Assembly: GCF_016127575.1 (NCBI RefSeq)
Contig: NZ_CP066019.1
Location: forward strand, 990,001 to 1,022,000
DNA: 32,000 bases
Source: Cupriavidus necator
Lineage (GTDB): Bacteria > Pseudomonadota > Gammaproteobacteria > Burkholderiales > Burkholderiaceae
Direction: 5' to 3'
How positions within the stretch are numbered: position 1 is the stretch's first letter; the number at the start of each line of letters is the position of its first letter. Of the stretch, positions 5,496 to 12,789 are shown in pieces. Made by a program: the position numbers and the translations under genes. The notes beneath the pieces are model-generated. The model saw only the letters and a program-made list of their open reading frames with translations, searched no databases and was not told the DNA's origin.

Positions 5496-7466
5496 ATGCT
5501 GCAATCGATACCAAACACAAAGGCTGTCCAAGCGCCGGTCGTCGTGATCGGCACCGGGCCGGTGGGCGTGCGGCTTGCGCAGGACTTGCATCGTCGCGAT
5601 CCTTCCATTCCGCTGGTGATCTACGGCAACGAACCATGGGAGCCATACAACCGCGTGCGCCTGTCTTCCTTTCTTGCCGGCGATGCGAGCTGGGCCACGC
5701 TCACGCAGGGGCTTGCACTGCCGCAGGGACCCGCGATCGCAGCGCGGCTCAATTGCGCAGTGGTGCATGTCGATCGCGGCGCGCAGGAGATTGAAGACTC
5801 GGCCGGGCGCACGCAACGCTATTCCCACTTAGTGCTGGCCACCGGATCACGTCCGCGGATCCCGGACGTGCCGGGCATCGGCCAGGCCAATGTCTACGTT
5901 TTCCGTGACATGAACGATACCCAGCGGCTGCTCGCACGCCGTATCCGCAGCCGCCGTACGGTGGTGTTGGGCGGGGGGCTGCTGGGCCTGGAAGCGGCGC
6001 GCGCAATGCAGCGCTTCAACACCGAGGTGCTGGTCATCGAGAACAACGACCGGCTGATGATGCAGCAATTGGACCAGGCCGCCGCGGATCTGCTGCGCGC
6101 CCATGTCGAGGCGGCCGGAATCCAGGTATTGACGGGCGCCGCAGTGAAACGCGTGCATGGTGAAGGAGCGGTTACCGGCATCACCCTGCGCACCGGCGAT
6201 GTCATCGAATGCGATACCGTCGTGATTGCCGCCGGCATCAAGCCGAACACCGACCTGGCCCTGCAGGCCGGCCTGAATGTGGGGCGCGGCATTCGCGTCA
6301 GCGACCGCATGCAGACGTCCGATCCACATATCTACGCCGTTGGCGAATGCGCGGAACATCGCGAACAAGTGTACGGGATCGTCGCCCCTGGCCTGGAACA
6401 GGCGGCAGTCGCCGTGCATGCAATATGCGGCGGCGACGCCAGCTATGCCGGTTCGCTACAGGCAACGCGCCTGAAAGTGCTCGATATGCCGGTGTTCAGC
6501 GTGGGCCGCGTCGGCGAGCATGACGGTATCGGCTCGGCGAGCACGGCGGCTTATGAAGACAAAAAAACTGGCATCTACCGGAAGGTGCTGGTCGAGCGCG
6601 GTCATCTGATTGGCGCGATGGCGGTCGGCGAAGGCGCAGACCTGCGTCGGCTGCAGGACGCGGTCAGCGGCAATCACCGGATACTGCCATGGCAGCTTTG
6701 GCGGTTTCGCAGGACCGGCTCGCTGTGGCAGGAGGGCGAAGCCAGCGTCGTCAACTGGCCGGCAAGCGCGGTCGTCTGCAACTGCACCGGCGTTACCCGC
6801 GGTCAGCTTGGCGAAGCGGCGGCTGCCGGGTGCCGTTCGATCGAGCAACTCGCAGCGTGCACGCGTGCCTCTACGGTATGCGGTTCGTGCAAGCCGTTGC
6901 TGGCCGAGTTGGCCGGTGGCGCGGTGATGCGAGAACCGGTGCGCGCGCATCGTCCGCTCCAGGGCGCGGCCGCGGCGGCACTGGCGCTCGCCTTGCTGGC
7001 ACTCGTTGCGCCTGCCATCCCCTTTGCGAAGACGGTGCAGCTGCAGTGGCGCTGGGACGAGCTATGGCTGGTGAGTTTGTATAAGCAGGTCAGCGGATTT
7101 TCCATTCTCGGGTTGAGCGTACTTGCCCTGCTTCTCTCATTCCGGAAGCGCTGGTCGCGCCTTGGCTATGGCGATTTTGCCATCTGGCGCGTGCTGCATG
7201 TGGTGCTCGGATTGGGTGTGCTGGCGGGACTCTATGCGCATACGGGAGGCAGGCTTGGCAGCCAGCTGAATTTCCTGTTGATGGCGAGTTTCACCGGCCT
7301 GATTCTGGCGGGCAGCATGTCGGGGCTGATGATCGCGCAAGGGCATCGCCTGCCAGTGGCACTGGTTCGGCGCTGGCGCGACAACAGCACCTGGGTGCAC
7401 ATCTTGCTGTTCTGGCCGGTACCCGTGCTGCTCGGGTTCCACATTCTCAAAACTTACTATTTCTAG
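5496..7466 (+). CDS. Fusion protein: NirB-N-terminal-like FAD/NAD(P)H oxidoreductase + BFD-like [2Fe-2S] domain + 5-TM membrane domain with two H-x13-H pairs (putative di-haem b)
   Basis: Start chosen at ATG 5496 (GTG 5493 is an alternative). The track ORF start at 5427 would translate a T8 terminator-like run. Motifs: VVVIGTGPVG and VVLGGGLLG Rossmann folds, CNC...CGSC (aa 451-488 of the 679-aa ORF). Five hydrophobic helices with H591/H605 and H658/H672. Confidence 0.8.
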   Translation: MLQSIPNTKAVQAPVVVIGTGPVGVRLAQDLHRRDPSIPLVIYGNEPWEPYNRVRLSSFLAGDASWATLTQGLALPQGPAIAARLNCAVVHVDRGAQEIEDSAGRTQRYSHLVLATGSRPRIPDVPGIGQANVYVFRDMNDTQRLLARRIRSRRTVVLGGGLLGLEAARAMQRFNTEVLVIENNDRLMMQQLDQAAADLLRAHVEAAGIQVLTGAAVKRVHGEGAVTGITLRTGDVIECDTVVIAAGIKPNTDLALQAGLNVGRGIRVSDRMQTSDPHIYAVGECAEHREQVYGIVAPGLEQAAVAVHAICGGDASYAGSLQATRLKVLDMPVFSVGRVGEHDGIGSASTAAYEDKKTGIYRKVLVERGHLIGAMAVGEGADLRRLQDAVSGNHRILPWQLWRFRRTGSLWQEGEASVVNWPASAVVCNCTGVTRGQLGEAAAAGCRSIEQLAACTRASTVCGSCKPLLAELAGGAVMREPVRAHRPLQGAAAAALALALLALVAPAIPFAKTVQLQWRWDELWLVSLYKQVSGFSILGLSVLALLLSFRKRWSRLGYGDFAIWRVLHVVLGLGVLAGLYAHTGGRLGSQLNFLLMASFTGLILAGSMSGLMIAQGHRLPVALVRRWRDNSTWVHILLFWPVPVLLGFHILKTYYF

Positions 7467-7478
7467 AGCCTACCAGCG

Positions 7479-8900
7479 ATGGCAAGCAAAAGCCGCAGAG
7501 TTCTGTGGGTCTACTGGGGTGTGTTGAGCGTGGCGATGCTGGCATATTTCTCGATTGGGCTGTTCTACAAGGAGGCGGCGAGGCATCCGCTCCTGGTATC
7601 CGCGCGCATGGCATTCCTGCCGGGTCAGACCAGCCACGGCCACTACCAGATCGAACTGGCGTGCGAGAGCTGCCACAGCAAGCCGTTCGCCGGCCCGGAG
7701 GCCATCCAGGAGGCATGCGCCAAATGCCATGAGAATGAGCTGAAGGAAGCCAGAGATTCGCATCCGGCCAGCAAGTTCGACGATCCGCGCAATGCCGAGC
7801 GGCTGGGAAAGATCGATGCGCAGGCATGCGTCACCTGCCATGCCGAGCACAAGCCGCGCACGACGCTTGCCATGGGCGTAACGCAGCCGCAGGACGTCTG
7901 CTACCACTGTCATGCCGGTCCGGACGAGATGCCGTCGGACCACAAGGACTTCAAGTTCGACAGCTGCACCGCGGCCGGCTGCCATAACTATCACGACAAT
8001 CGCGCGCTGTACGAAGATTTCCTGCTAAAGCATGCGCAGGGCGGCAAGCTGAACGAAAAGCCGCTGCTGCCGCAGCGCGATTTTGCCGTAGCGGTGCGTG
8101 AGATGAGCGGCTACCCGGCGGCGAAGTATCCGTTCCGGACACTCTCGGCAGCCGAGCAGGATGCGCCGCACGGCAAGCGCGGCAGTACGGCGTTGCAGGC
8201 CGACTGGCTCGGCACCGCGCATGCCAGGGCTGGCGTCAATTGCACCGGTTGCCATGCATCGAAGGGCAAGGACGGTTCCACGAAATGGAGTGACCACCCA
8301 GGCAGCCCAGCAGCGTGCGAAGGATGCCATGCGGCCGAGGCCAAGGGGTTCCTGGCGGGAAAGCACGGCATGCGACTGGCGCAAGGCCTGACGCCGATGA
8401 CGCCCGGCGACGCCCGTCTGCCAATGAAGGAAGCGGCTGCCCACACGGAACTTGGTTGTACTTCCTGCCATTCTGCCCATCGCTTCGATGCCAGGACAGC
8501 GGCGGTGGAGTCATGCATGAGTTGCCATGACGACAAACACACCCTGGCCTACAAGCGTTCGCCGCACTACGCGCTGTGGCAAAAGGAGACCGCCGGACAG
8601 GCGCCGCCGGGTTCTGGCGTGACATGCGCCAGCTGCCACATGCCGCGGGTGCGGATGTCCACCGACGAAGGCTCGCGCATCGTGGTTCAGCACAACCAGA
8701 ACGATACCCTGCGGCCGAACGAAAAGATGATACGGACCACGTGCATAAGCTGCCACGGGCTCGGCTTCTCGATCGACGCGCTGGCCGACAAGACGTTGAT
8801 CGACAACAACTTCAAAGGCATGCCGGCCCGGCACGTGAAGAGTATCGACATGGCTGTGGCCAAGGATGCGGAAACGCGCAGCAAGCGAAGCACGCCTTAG
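7479..8900 (+). CDS. Membrane-anchored multihaem cytochrome c (10 CxxCH + 1 CX4CH)
   Basis: N-terminal TM helix VLWVYWGVLSVAMLAYFSIGLF. Haem motifs: CESCH, CAKCH, CVTCH, CYHCH, CTAAGCH, CTGCH, CEGCH, CTSCH, CMSCH, CASCH, CISCH. Starts 12 nt after the upstream gene. Confidence 0.85.
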   Translation: MASKSRRVLWVYWGVLSVAMLAYFSIGLFYKEAARHPLLVSARMAFLPGQTSHGHYQIELACESCHSKPFAGPEAIQEACAKCHENELKEARDSHPASKFDDPRNAERLGKIDAQACVTCHAEHKPRTTLAMGVTQPQDVCYHCHAGPDEMPSDHKDFKFDSCTAAGCHNYHDNRALYEDFLLKHAQGGKLNEKPLLPQRDFAVAVREMSGYPAAKYPFRTLSAAEQDAPHGKRGSTALQADWLGTAHARAGVNCTGCHASKGKDGSTKWSDHPGSPAACEGCHAAEAKGFLAGKHGMRLAQGLTPMTPGDARLPMKEAAAHTELGCTSCHSAHRFDARTAAVESCMSCHDDKHTLAYKRSPHYALWQKETAGQAPPGSGVTCASCHMPRVRMSTDEGSRIVVQHNQNDTLRPNEKMIRTTCISCHGLGFSIDALADKTLIDNNFKGMPARHVKSIDMAVAKDAETRSKRSTP

Positions 8901-8954
8901 CTGCGCGTCGTTCTGGCGCTTGCGGGCTTCTTTTCAACAGTGAAGGAGAGAGAA

Positions 8955-9530
8955 ATGAAACGATATGCGAACTTGCAGGCAAGCAGTCTGGCAATGGGCG
9001 CGGCGCTGGCCGTTAGCGCCTTTCCCGCGCACGCATCCGGCATCAGTCCAAAGGAAATGGCGGATGCCCTGCACGCCGTGATGGCGGCCGACCGGACCGT
9101 GTATACCCGCCTGATCGTCAACCGCCTGCAGAACGAAGAGAAGGTGATCAAGGCGACTGAGCACTGGAAGGATGAGAAGACATTGGTGCTGCCGGCGCAG
9201 ATGTTTCGCTTCGGCGCGGAGGAGGTAGCCAAGAGCAAGCCGAATTTCAGTTATTCGCTGTTGTCCCTGTGGCCGCTGAATAAGCAGAACGCTGCGAAAA
9301 CCCCAGTGGAGAAGGAAGGGCTGGACTTCGTCGCCAAGAACCCCGGAAAGAACTTCTACAAGGAAGAGACTCTCGGCAAGAAGACCTATTTCACCGCCGT
9401 GTACGCCGACACGGCGATCGCGCCGGCCTGCGTCACTTGCCACAACGGCCATAAGGACAGCCCGCGCACCAATTTCAAGATTGGCGACGTGATGGGTGGC
9501 GTGGTGCTGCGCATCCCTGTCAGCAATTGA
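8955..9530 (+). CDS. Periplasmic DUF3365 (Tll0287-like) c-type haem protein
   Basis: ATG 8955 preceded by GAAGGAGAG. Signal peptide MKRYANLQASSLAMGAALAVSAFPAHA. Single CVTCH motif near the C-terminus, followed by GDVMGGVVLRIPV. Ends at TGA 9528-9530 (see finding on an in-frame extension). Confidence 0.8.
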   Translation: MKRYANLQASSLAMGAALAVSAFPAHASGISPKEMADALHAVMAADRTVYTRLIVNRLQNEEKVIKATEHWKDEKTLVLPAQMFRFGAEEVAKSKPNFSYSLLSLWPLNKQNAAKTPVEKEGLDFVAKNPGKNFYKEETLGKKTYFTAVYADTAIAPACVTCHNGHKDSPRTNFKIGDVMGGVVLRIPVSN

Positions 9531-9610
9531 GCCAGCGAAAAGCTGAGCGATGACGACGTGAAGGCAGTAGCGGATTACATGATCGCAATTGTCAAGTAAA
9601 GGAATATTCC

Positions 9611-10027
9611 ATGACACCGCAAGAGATCACCCTGGTACAAAGCTCCTGGCAGAAGGTGGTGCCGATCAAGGAAAAGGCCGCCGAGCTGTTCTACGGCAAG
9701 CTGTTCGAAATGGATCCCTCGCTGAGGCCACTGTTCAAGGGCGACACCGTCGAACAGGGGCGCAAGCTGATGGCGATGATCAATGCCGTCGTCACGAAAC
9801 TGGACCAGCTCGACGACATCGTTCCCGCTGTACAGGAACTCGGCCGGCGCCACGTCGCCTATGGCGTCAAGGACGAGGACTACGACACCGTGGCCGGCGC
9901 CCTGCTGTGGACACTGGGTGCCGGCCTCGGGGACGCCTTTACCGATGAGGTGAAGGGCGCCTGGACCAGCGCCTACGTGATCCTGGCCGGGGCCATGAAA
10001 GACGCCGCCGCGACCGCCTGGGACTGA
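9611..10027 (+). CDS. Single-domain globin, no signal peptide
   Basis: 138 aa. N-terminal LVQSSWQKV...ELFYGKLFEMDPSLRPLFKG and proximal-His region ELGRRHVAYGV are typical of bacterial globins. RBS AAGGA lies 6 nt upstream. Confidence 0.8.
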   Translation: MTPQEITLVQSSWQKVVPIKEKAAELFYGKLFEMDPSLRPLFKGDTVEQGRKLMAMINAVVTKLDQLDDIVPAVQELGRRHVAYGVKDEDYDTVAGALLWTLGAGLGDAFTDEVKGAWTSAYVILAGAMKDAAATAWD

Positions 10028-10045
10028 CTCAGGAGGAATGAGGCC

Positions 10046-10702
10046 ATGCTGGAAGCAGTGTCACTGACCGCCGCGCGCGGCGACCGGCCGATTTTCATCA
10101 GGCTGGGGCTGCGCGTGGAGCCCGGGCAAGCGGTGCATGTCACAGGCGCCAACGGCAGCGGCAAGACTACCCTGCTGCGAATCCTGGCTGGCCTGCTGCG
10201 CCCGGAATCGGGCGAGATCCGATGGAACGGGTGTGCGGTGGCGGCGAGCCGGCCGCTGCCCGATTCCGCATACCTCGGTCACCGCAACGGCCTGAAAGCG
10301 GAGCTGAGCGCGCTGGAGAACCTGCGCAGTGCCTGCGCGCTGTACGGTTGCCGCACGGATCGTGCGCACCTGCAGCGGGTGCTGGCACAAGTCGGGCTGG
10401 CCGCTGGTGCCGACACCGCTCTCGGGCTGTTGTCGCAGGGGCAGCAGCGCCGGGTTGCGCTGGCGCGTGTGCTGTCCAGTGGCGCGAAGCTATGGCTGCT
10501 CGACGAGCCGACCACCGCACTCGACCAGTCCAGCATCCGGGCCTTTGAGGGATTGTGCGAACACCATCTGCAGTCGGGCGGCATGCTGGTGTTTGCGAAC
10601 CACTACCCGCTGCGGCTGGTGGCCGCGCGGATGCGCGAGCTTGCCATCCCGGCGATCGCCGATCGATCGCAGCAGGAGGCGGCATGCTGGATCCGGTCCT
10701 GA
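10046..10702 (+). CDS. ccmA: Haem exporter ATP-binding protein CcmA
   Basis: Walker A GANGSGKTT, ABC signature LSQGQQRRV, Walker B LWLLDEP. RBS AGGAGG. Confidence 0.9.
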   Translation: MLEAVSLTAARGDRPIFIRLGLRVEPGQAVHVTGANGSGKTTLLRILAGLLRPESGEIRWNGCAVAASRPLPDSAYLGHRNGLKAELSALENLRSACALYGCRTDRAHLQRVLAQVGLAAGADTALGLLSQGQQRRVALARVLSSGAKLWLLDEPTTALDQSSIRAFEGLCEHHLQSGGMLVFANHYPLRLVAARMRELAIPAIADRSQQEAACWIRS

Positions 10703-11355
10703 AACTGATCGCGCGTGAGCTGCTGCTGGCGTGGCGTCGCCCGTCGGCGGTGCTGACACCGCTCGCCTTTTTTGTCGCGGTGGTCAGCCTGTTTCCGCTG
10801 GCGGTTGGCCCGGAGCGGATGTTTCTCGCCAGGCTGGCGCCCGGTGTGATCTGGGTCGCCGCCTTGCTGGCGACGCTGCTGGGCATGGAGCGTTTGTTCG
10901 AATCCGATTTCCGCGACGGCAGCCTGGAAGTTATCGCGCTCGCGCCGCAGTCCCTGACCTTGATGGTGCTCGGCAAGGTGACCGGCTTCTGGCTCGGGGC
11001 GGGCCTGCCGCTGGTGTTGCTGACGCCACTGCTTGGCGTTCAGCTCGGCGTGCCTGACGGCGAGCTGGCACAACTGGCACTGTCGCTGCTGCTCGGTACG
11101 CCGACGCTGTGCCTGATCGCGGCAATCGCTGCCGCGCTGACGCTGTCGCTGCAGCGCGGCGGCCCGCTGCTGGCATTGCTGGTGCTGCCACTGGCAGCGC
11201 CGGTACTGGTGTTCGGCTGCGGCGTCGCCGCCGCCAGCACTGCGGCGGAATTGCAGGCGAATCTTTCGCTGCTGGGGGCATGCCTGCTGACTGCCGTTGC
11301 GTCGGCGCCATGGGCCACCGCCGCGGCGCTCAGGATTGGATTGGAGTCTGTCTGA
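10684..11355 (+). CDS. ccmB: Haem exporter membrane protein CcmB
   Basis: Start at MLDPVLKLIARELLLAWRRP, overlapping the ccmA end by 19 nt. Polytopic, about 223 aa, in the expected gene-order position. Confidence 0.9.
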   Translation: MLDPVLKLIARELLLAWRRPSAVLTPLAFFVAVVSLFPLAVGPERMFLARLAPGVIWVAALLATLLGMERLFESDFRDGSLEVIALAPQSLTLMVLGKVTGFWLGAGLPLVLLTPLLGVQLGVPDGELAQLALSLLLGTPTLCLIAAIAAALTLSLQRGGPLLALLVLPLAAPVLVFGCGVAAASTAAELQANLSLLGACLLTAVASAPWATAAALRIGLESV

Positions 11356-12092
11356 TGGCCACCTTGAATATCTGGAAGTACGCCGCGCCCCAAGCCTTCT
11401 ATCCGCTCGCCGGGCATCTGGTGCCATGGTTTGGCGCTGCTGCCGCAGTGTCTGGCGCGATGGCGCTATACCTTGGCCTGGTGGTGGCGCCGCCCGATTT
11501 CCGCCAGGGCGAGGTGTACCGCATCCTGTTCATCCATGTCGCGGCCGCCTGGATGTCGATGTTCATCTACGTGGTGATGGCCGTCTACGCCGGGCTTGGC
11601 CTGGTGTTCGGCACCCGTCTGTCGTCGCTGATGGCAACCGCGCTGGCGCCCAGCGGTGCGTTGTTCACCTTCCTCACGCTGTGGACCGGCGCACTTTGGG
11701 GCAAGCCGACCTGGGGCACCTACTGGGTATGGGACGCGCGCATGACCTCCGAGCTGCTGCTGCTGTTCCTCTATCTCGGCTTCATCGCGCTGCAGGCCGC
11801 GATCGACGATCCACGGCGCGCAGCCAGGGCCGGCGGGGTGCTGGCGCTGGTCGGATTGATCAACCTGCCGGTCATCTATTTCTCCGTGACCTGGTGGAAC
11901 ACGCTGCATCAGGGGGCATCGGTCAGTCTGACCAAGGCGCCGCAGATGGCCGGCATCATGATCGTTGCCATGCTGGGCATGACCTTCGCCTTCTGGATGT
12001 ATGCGATCGCCGTCGCGCTGGCGCGGGTGCGCTGCCTGATCGCGCGCAGCGAGGCCGGCCGCAGGTGGTGGCGGCAAGGCGAGGACATCTGA
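11355..12092 (+). CDS. ccmC: Haem lyase/exporter subunit CcmC
   Basis: Start MATLNIWKY overlaps the ccmB stop (TGATG). Tryptophan-rich WWD motif WGKPTWGTYWVWDARMT. Confidence 0.9.
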   Translation: MATLNIWKYAAPQAFYPLAGHLVPWFGAAAAVSGAMALYLGLVVAPPDFRQGEVYRILFIHVAAAWMSMFIYVVMAVYAGLGLVFGTRLSSLMATALAPSGALFTFLTLWTGALWGKPTWGTYWVWDARMTSELLLLFLYLGFIALQAAIDDPRRAARAGGVLALVGLINLPVIYFSVTWWNTLHQGASVSLTKAPQMAGIMIVAMLGMTFAFWMYAIAVALARVRCLIARSEAGRRWWRQGEDI

Positions 12093-12136
12093 AACCGACG
12101 CGCACTCGGATCAACGCGCTCAACAGCAGGGAGGGA

Positions 12137-12334
12137 ATGATGGATCTGAATGGATTTTTTTCGATGGGTGGCCAAGGCGCTTTCGTCTGGGGCGCATACG
12201 GCGTGACGGCGCTGCTGTTCGCTGTCGAAGTCCTGCTGGTACTGCGCTGCGGCGTGTCGACTCGGCGCACGCTGGCAGATGCGCACCCCGCCGCGCCCGG
12301 CATGCGGCTGCAAGAGCAACGGGGTACGCAATGA
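12137..12334 (+). CDS. ccmD: Small membrane protein CcmD
   Basis: 65-aa ORF MMDLNGFFSMGGQGAFVWGAYGVTALLFAVEVLLVL with a single TM helix. RBS GGGAGGGA. Lies between ccmC and ccmE. Confidence 0.7.
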   Translation: MMDLNGFFSMGGQGAFVWGAYGVTALLFAVEVLLVLRCGVSTRRTLADAHPAAPGMRLQEQRGTQ

Positions 12335-12789
12335 GGATGCTCAACAAGGCGCGCGGGCGACGCCTGCTCATGATCGCCGTGGGATTGCTGTTGCTTTGGA
12401 CGGCTGCCGCATTGATCCTGAATGCCTTCCGCAGCAATATGGTGTTCTTCTTCTCGCCAAGCCAGCTCGCGGCAGGGGAGGGCCCGCGCGACAAGGCCTT
12501 CCGCCTTGGCGGCATGGTCGAGCGCGGCAGCCTGCGGCGCGCCCCGGATGGGCTGGGGGCGTCCTTCATACTGACCGATACGGTCAACCGGGTGCAGGTG
12601 GTCTACCGCGGCATGCTGCCCGATTTGTTTGGCGAAGGGCAGGGTGCCATTGCGTTCGGCCGCATGGGTGGCAACGGCATCTTCGCGGCCGAGGAGGTGC
12701 TGGCCAAGCATGATGAAGTGTACATGCCGCCGGAGGTCGCCGCTTCGCTCAAGCTCGCCGAAGCGGCGCAGAAAGGTGGGGCCAGATGA
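12331..12789 (+). CDS. ccmE: Haem chaperone CcmE
   Basis: N-terminal anchor and covalent haem-binding His motif LAKHDEVYMPPEV. ATGA overlap with ccmD. Confidence 0.9.
   Translation: MRMLNKARGRRLLMIAVGLLLLWTAAALILNAFRSNMVFFFSPSQLAAGEGPRDKAFRLGGMVERGSLRRAPDGLGASFILTDTVNRVQVVYRGMLPDLFGEGQGAIAFGRMGGNGIFAAEEVLAKHDEVYMPPEVAASLKLAEAAQKGGAR

Noticed and set aside
9601-9610. Perfect 10-bp palindrome GGAATATTCC over the globin RBS.
   Set aside because: It is too short to be distinguished from chance, and as RNA it cannot form a stable hairpin because the loop would be 2 nt. It is noted only as context for the read-through finding.
10025-10048. The globin stop TGA and the ccmA start are in the same frame, 18 nt apart, which raised a possible read-through fusion.
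   Set aside because: There is a one in three chance of a shared frame. The spacer encodes the strong ccmA RBS AGGAGG, and a globin-CcmA fusion has no precedent or rationale.
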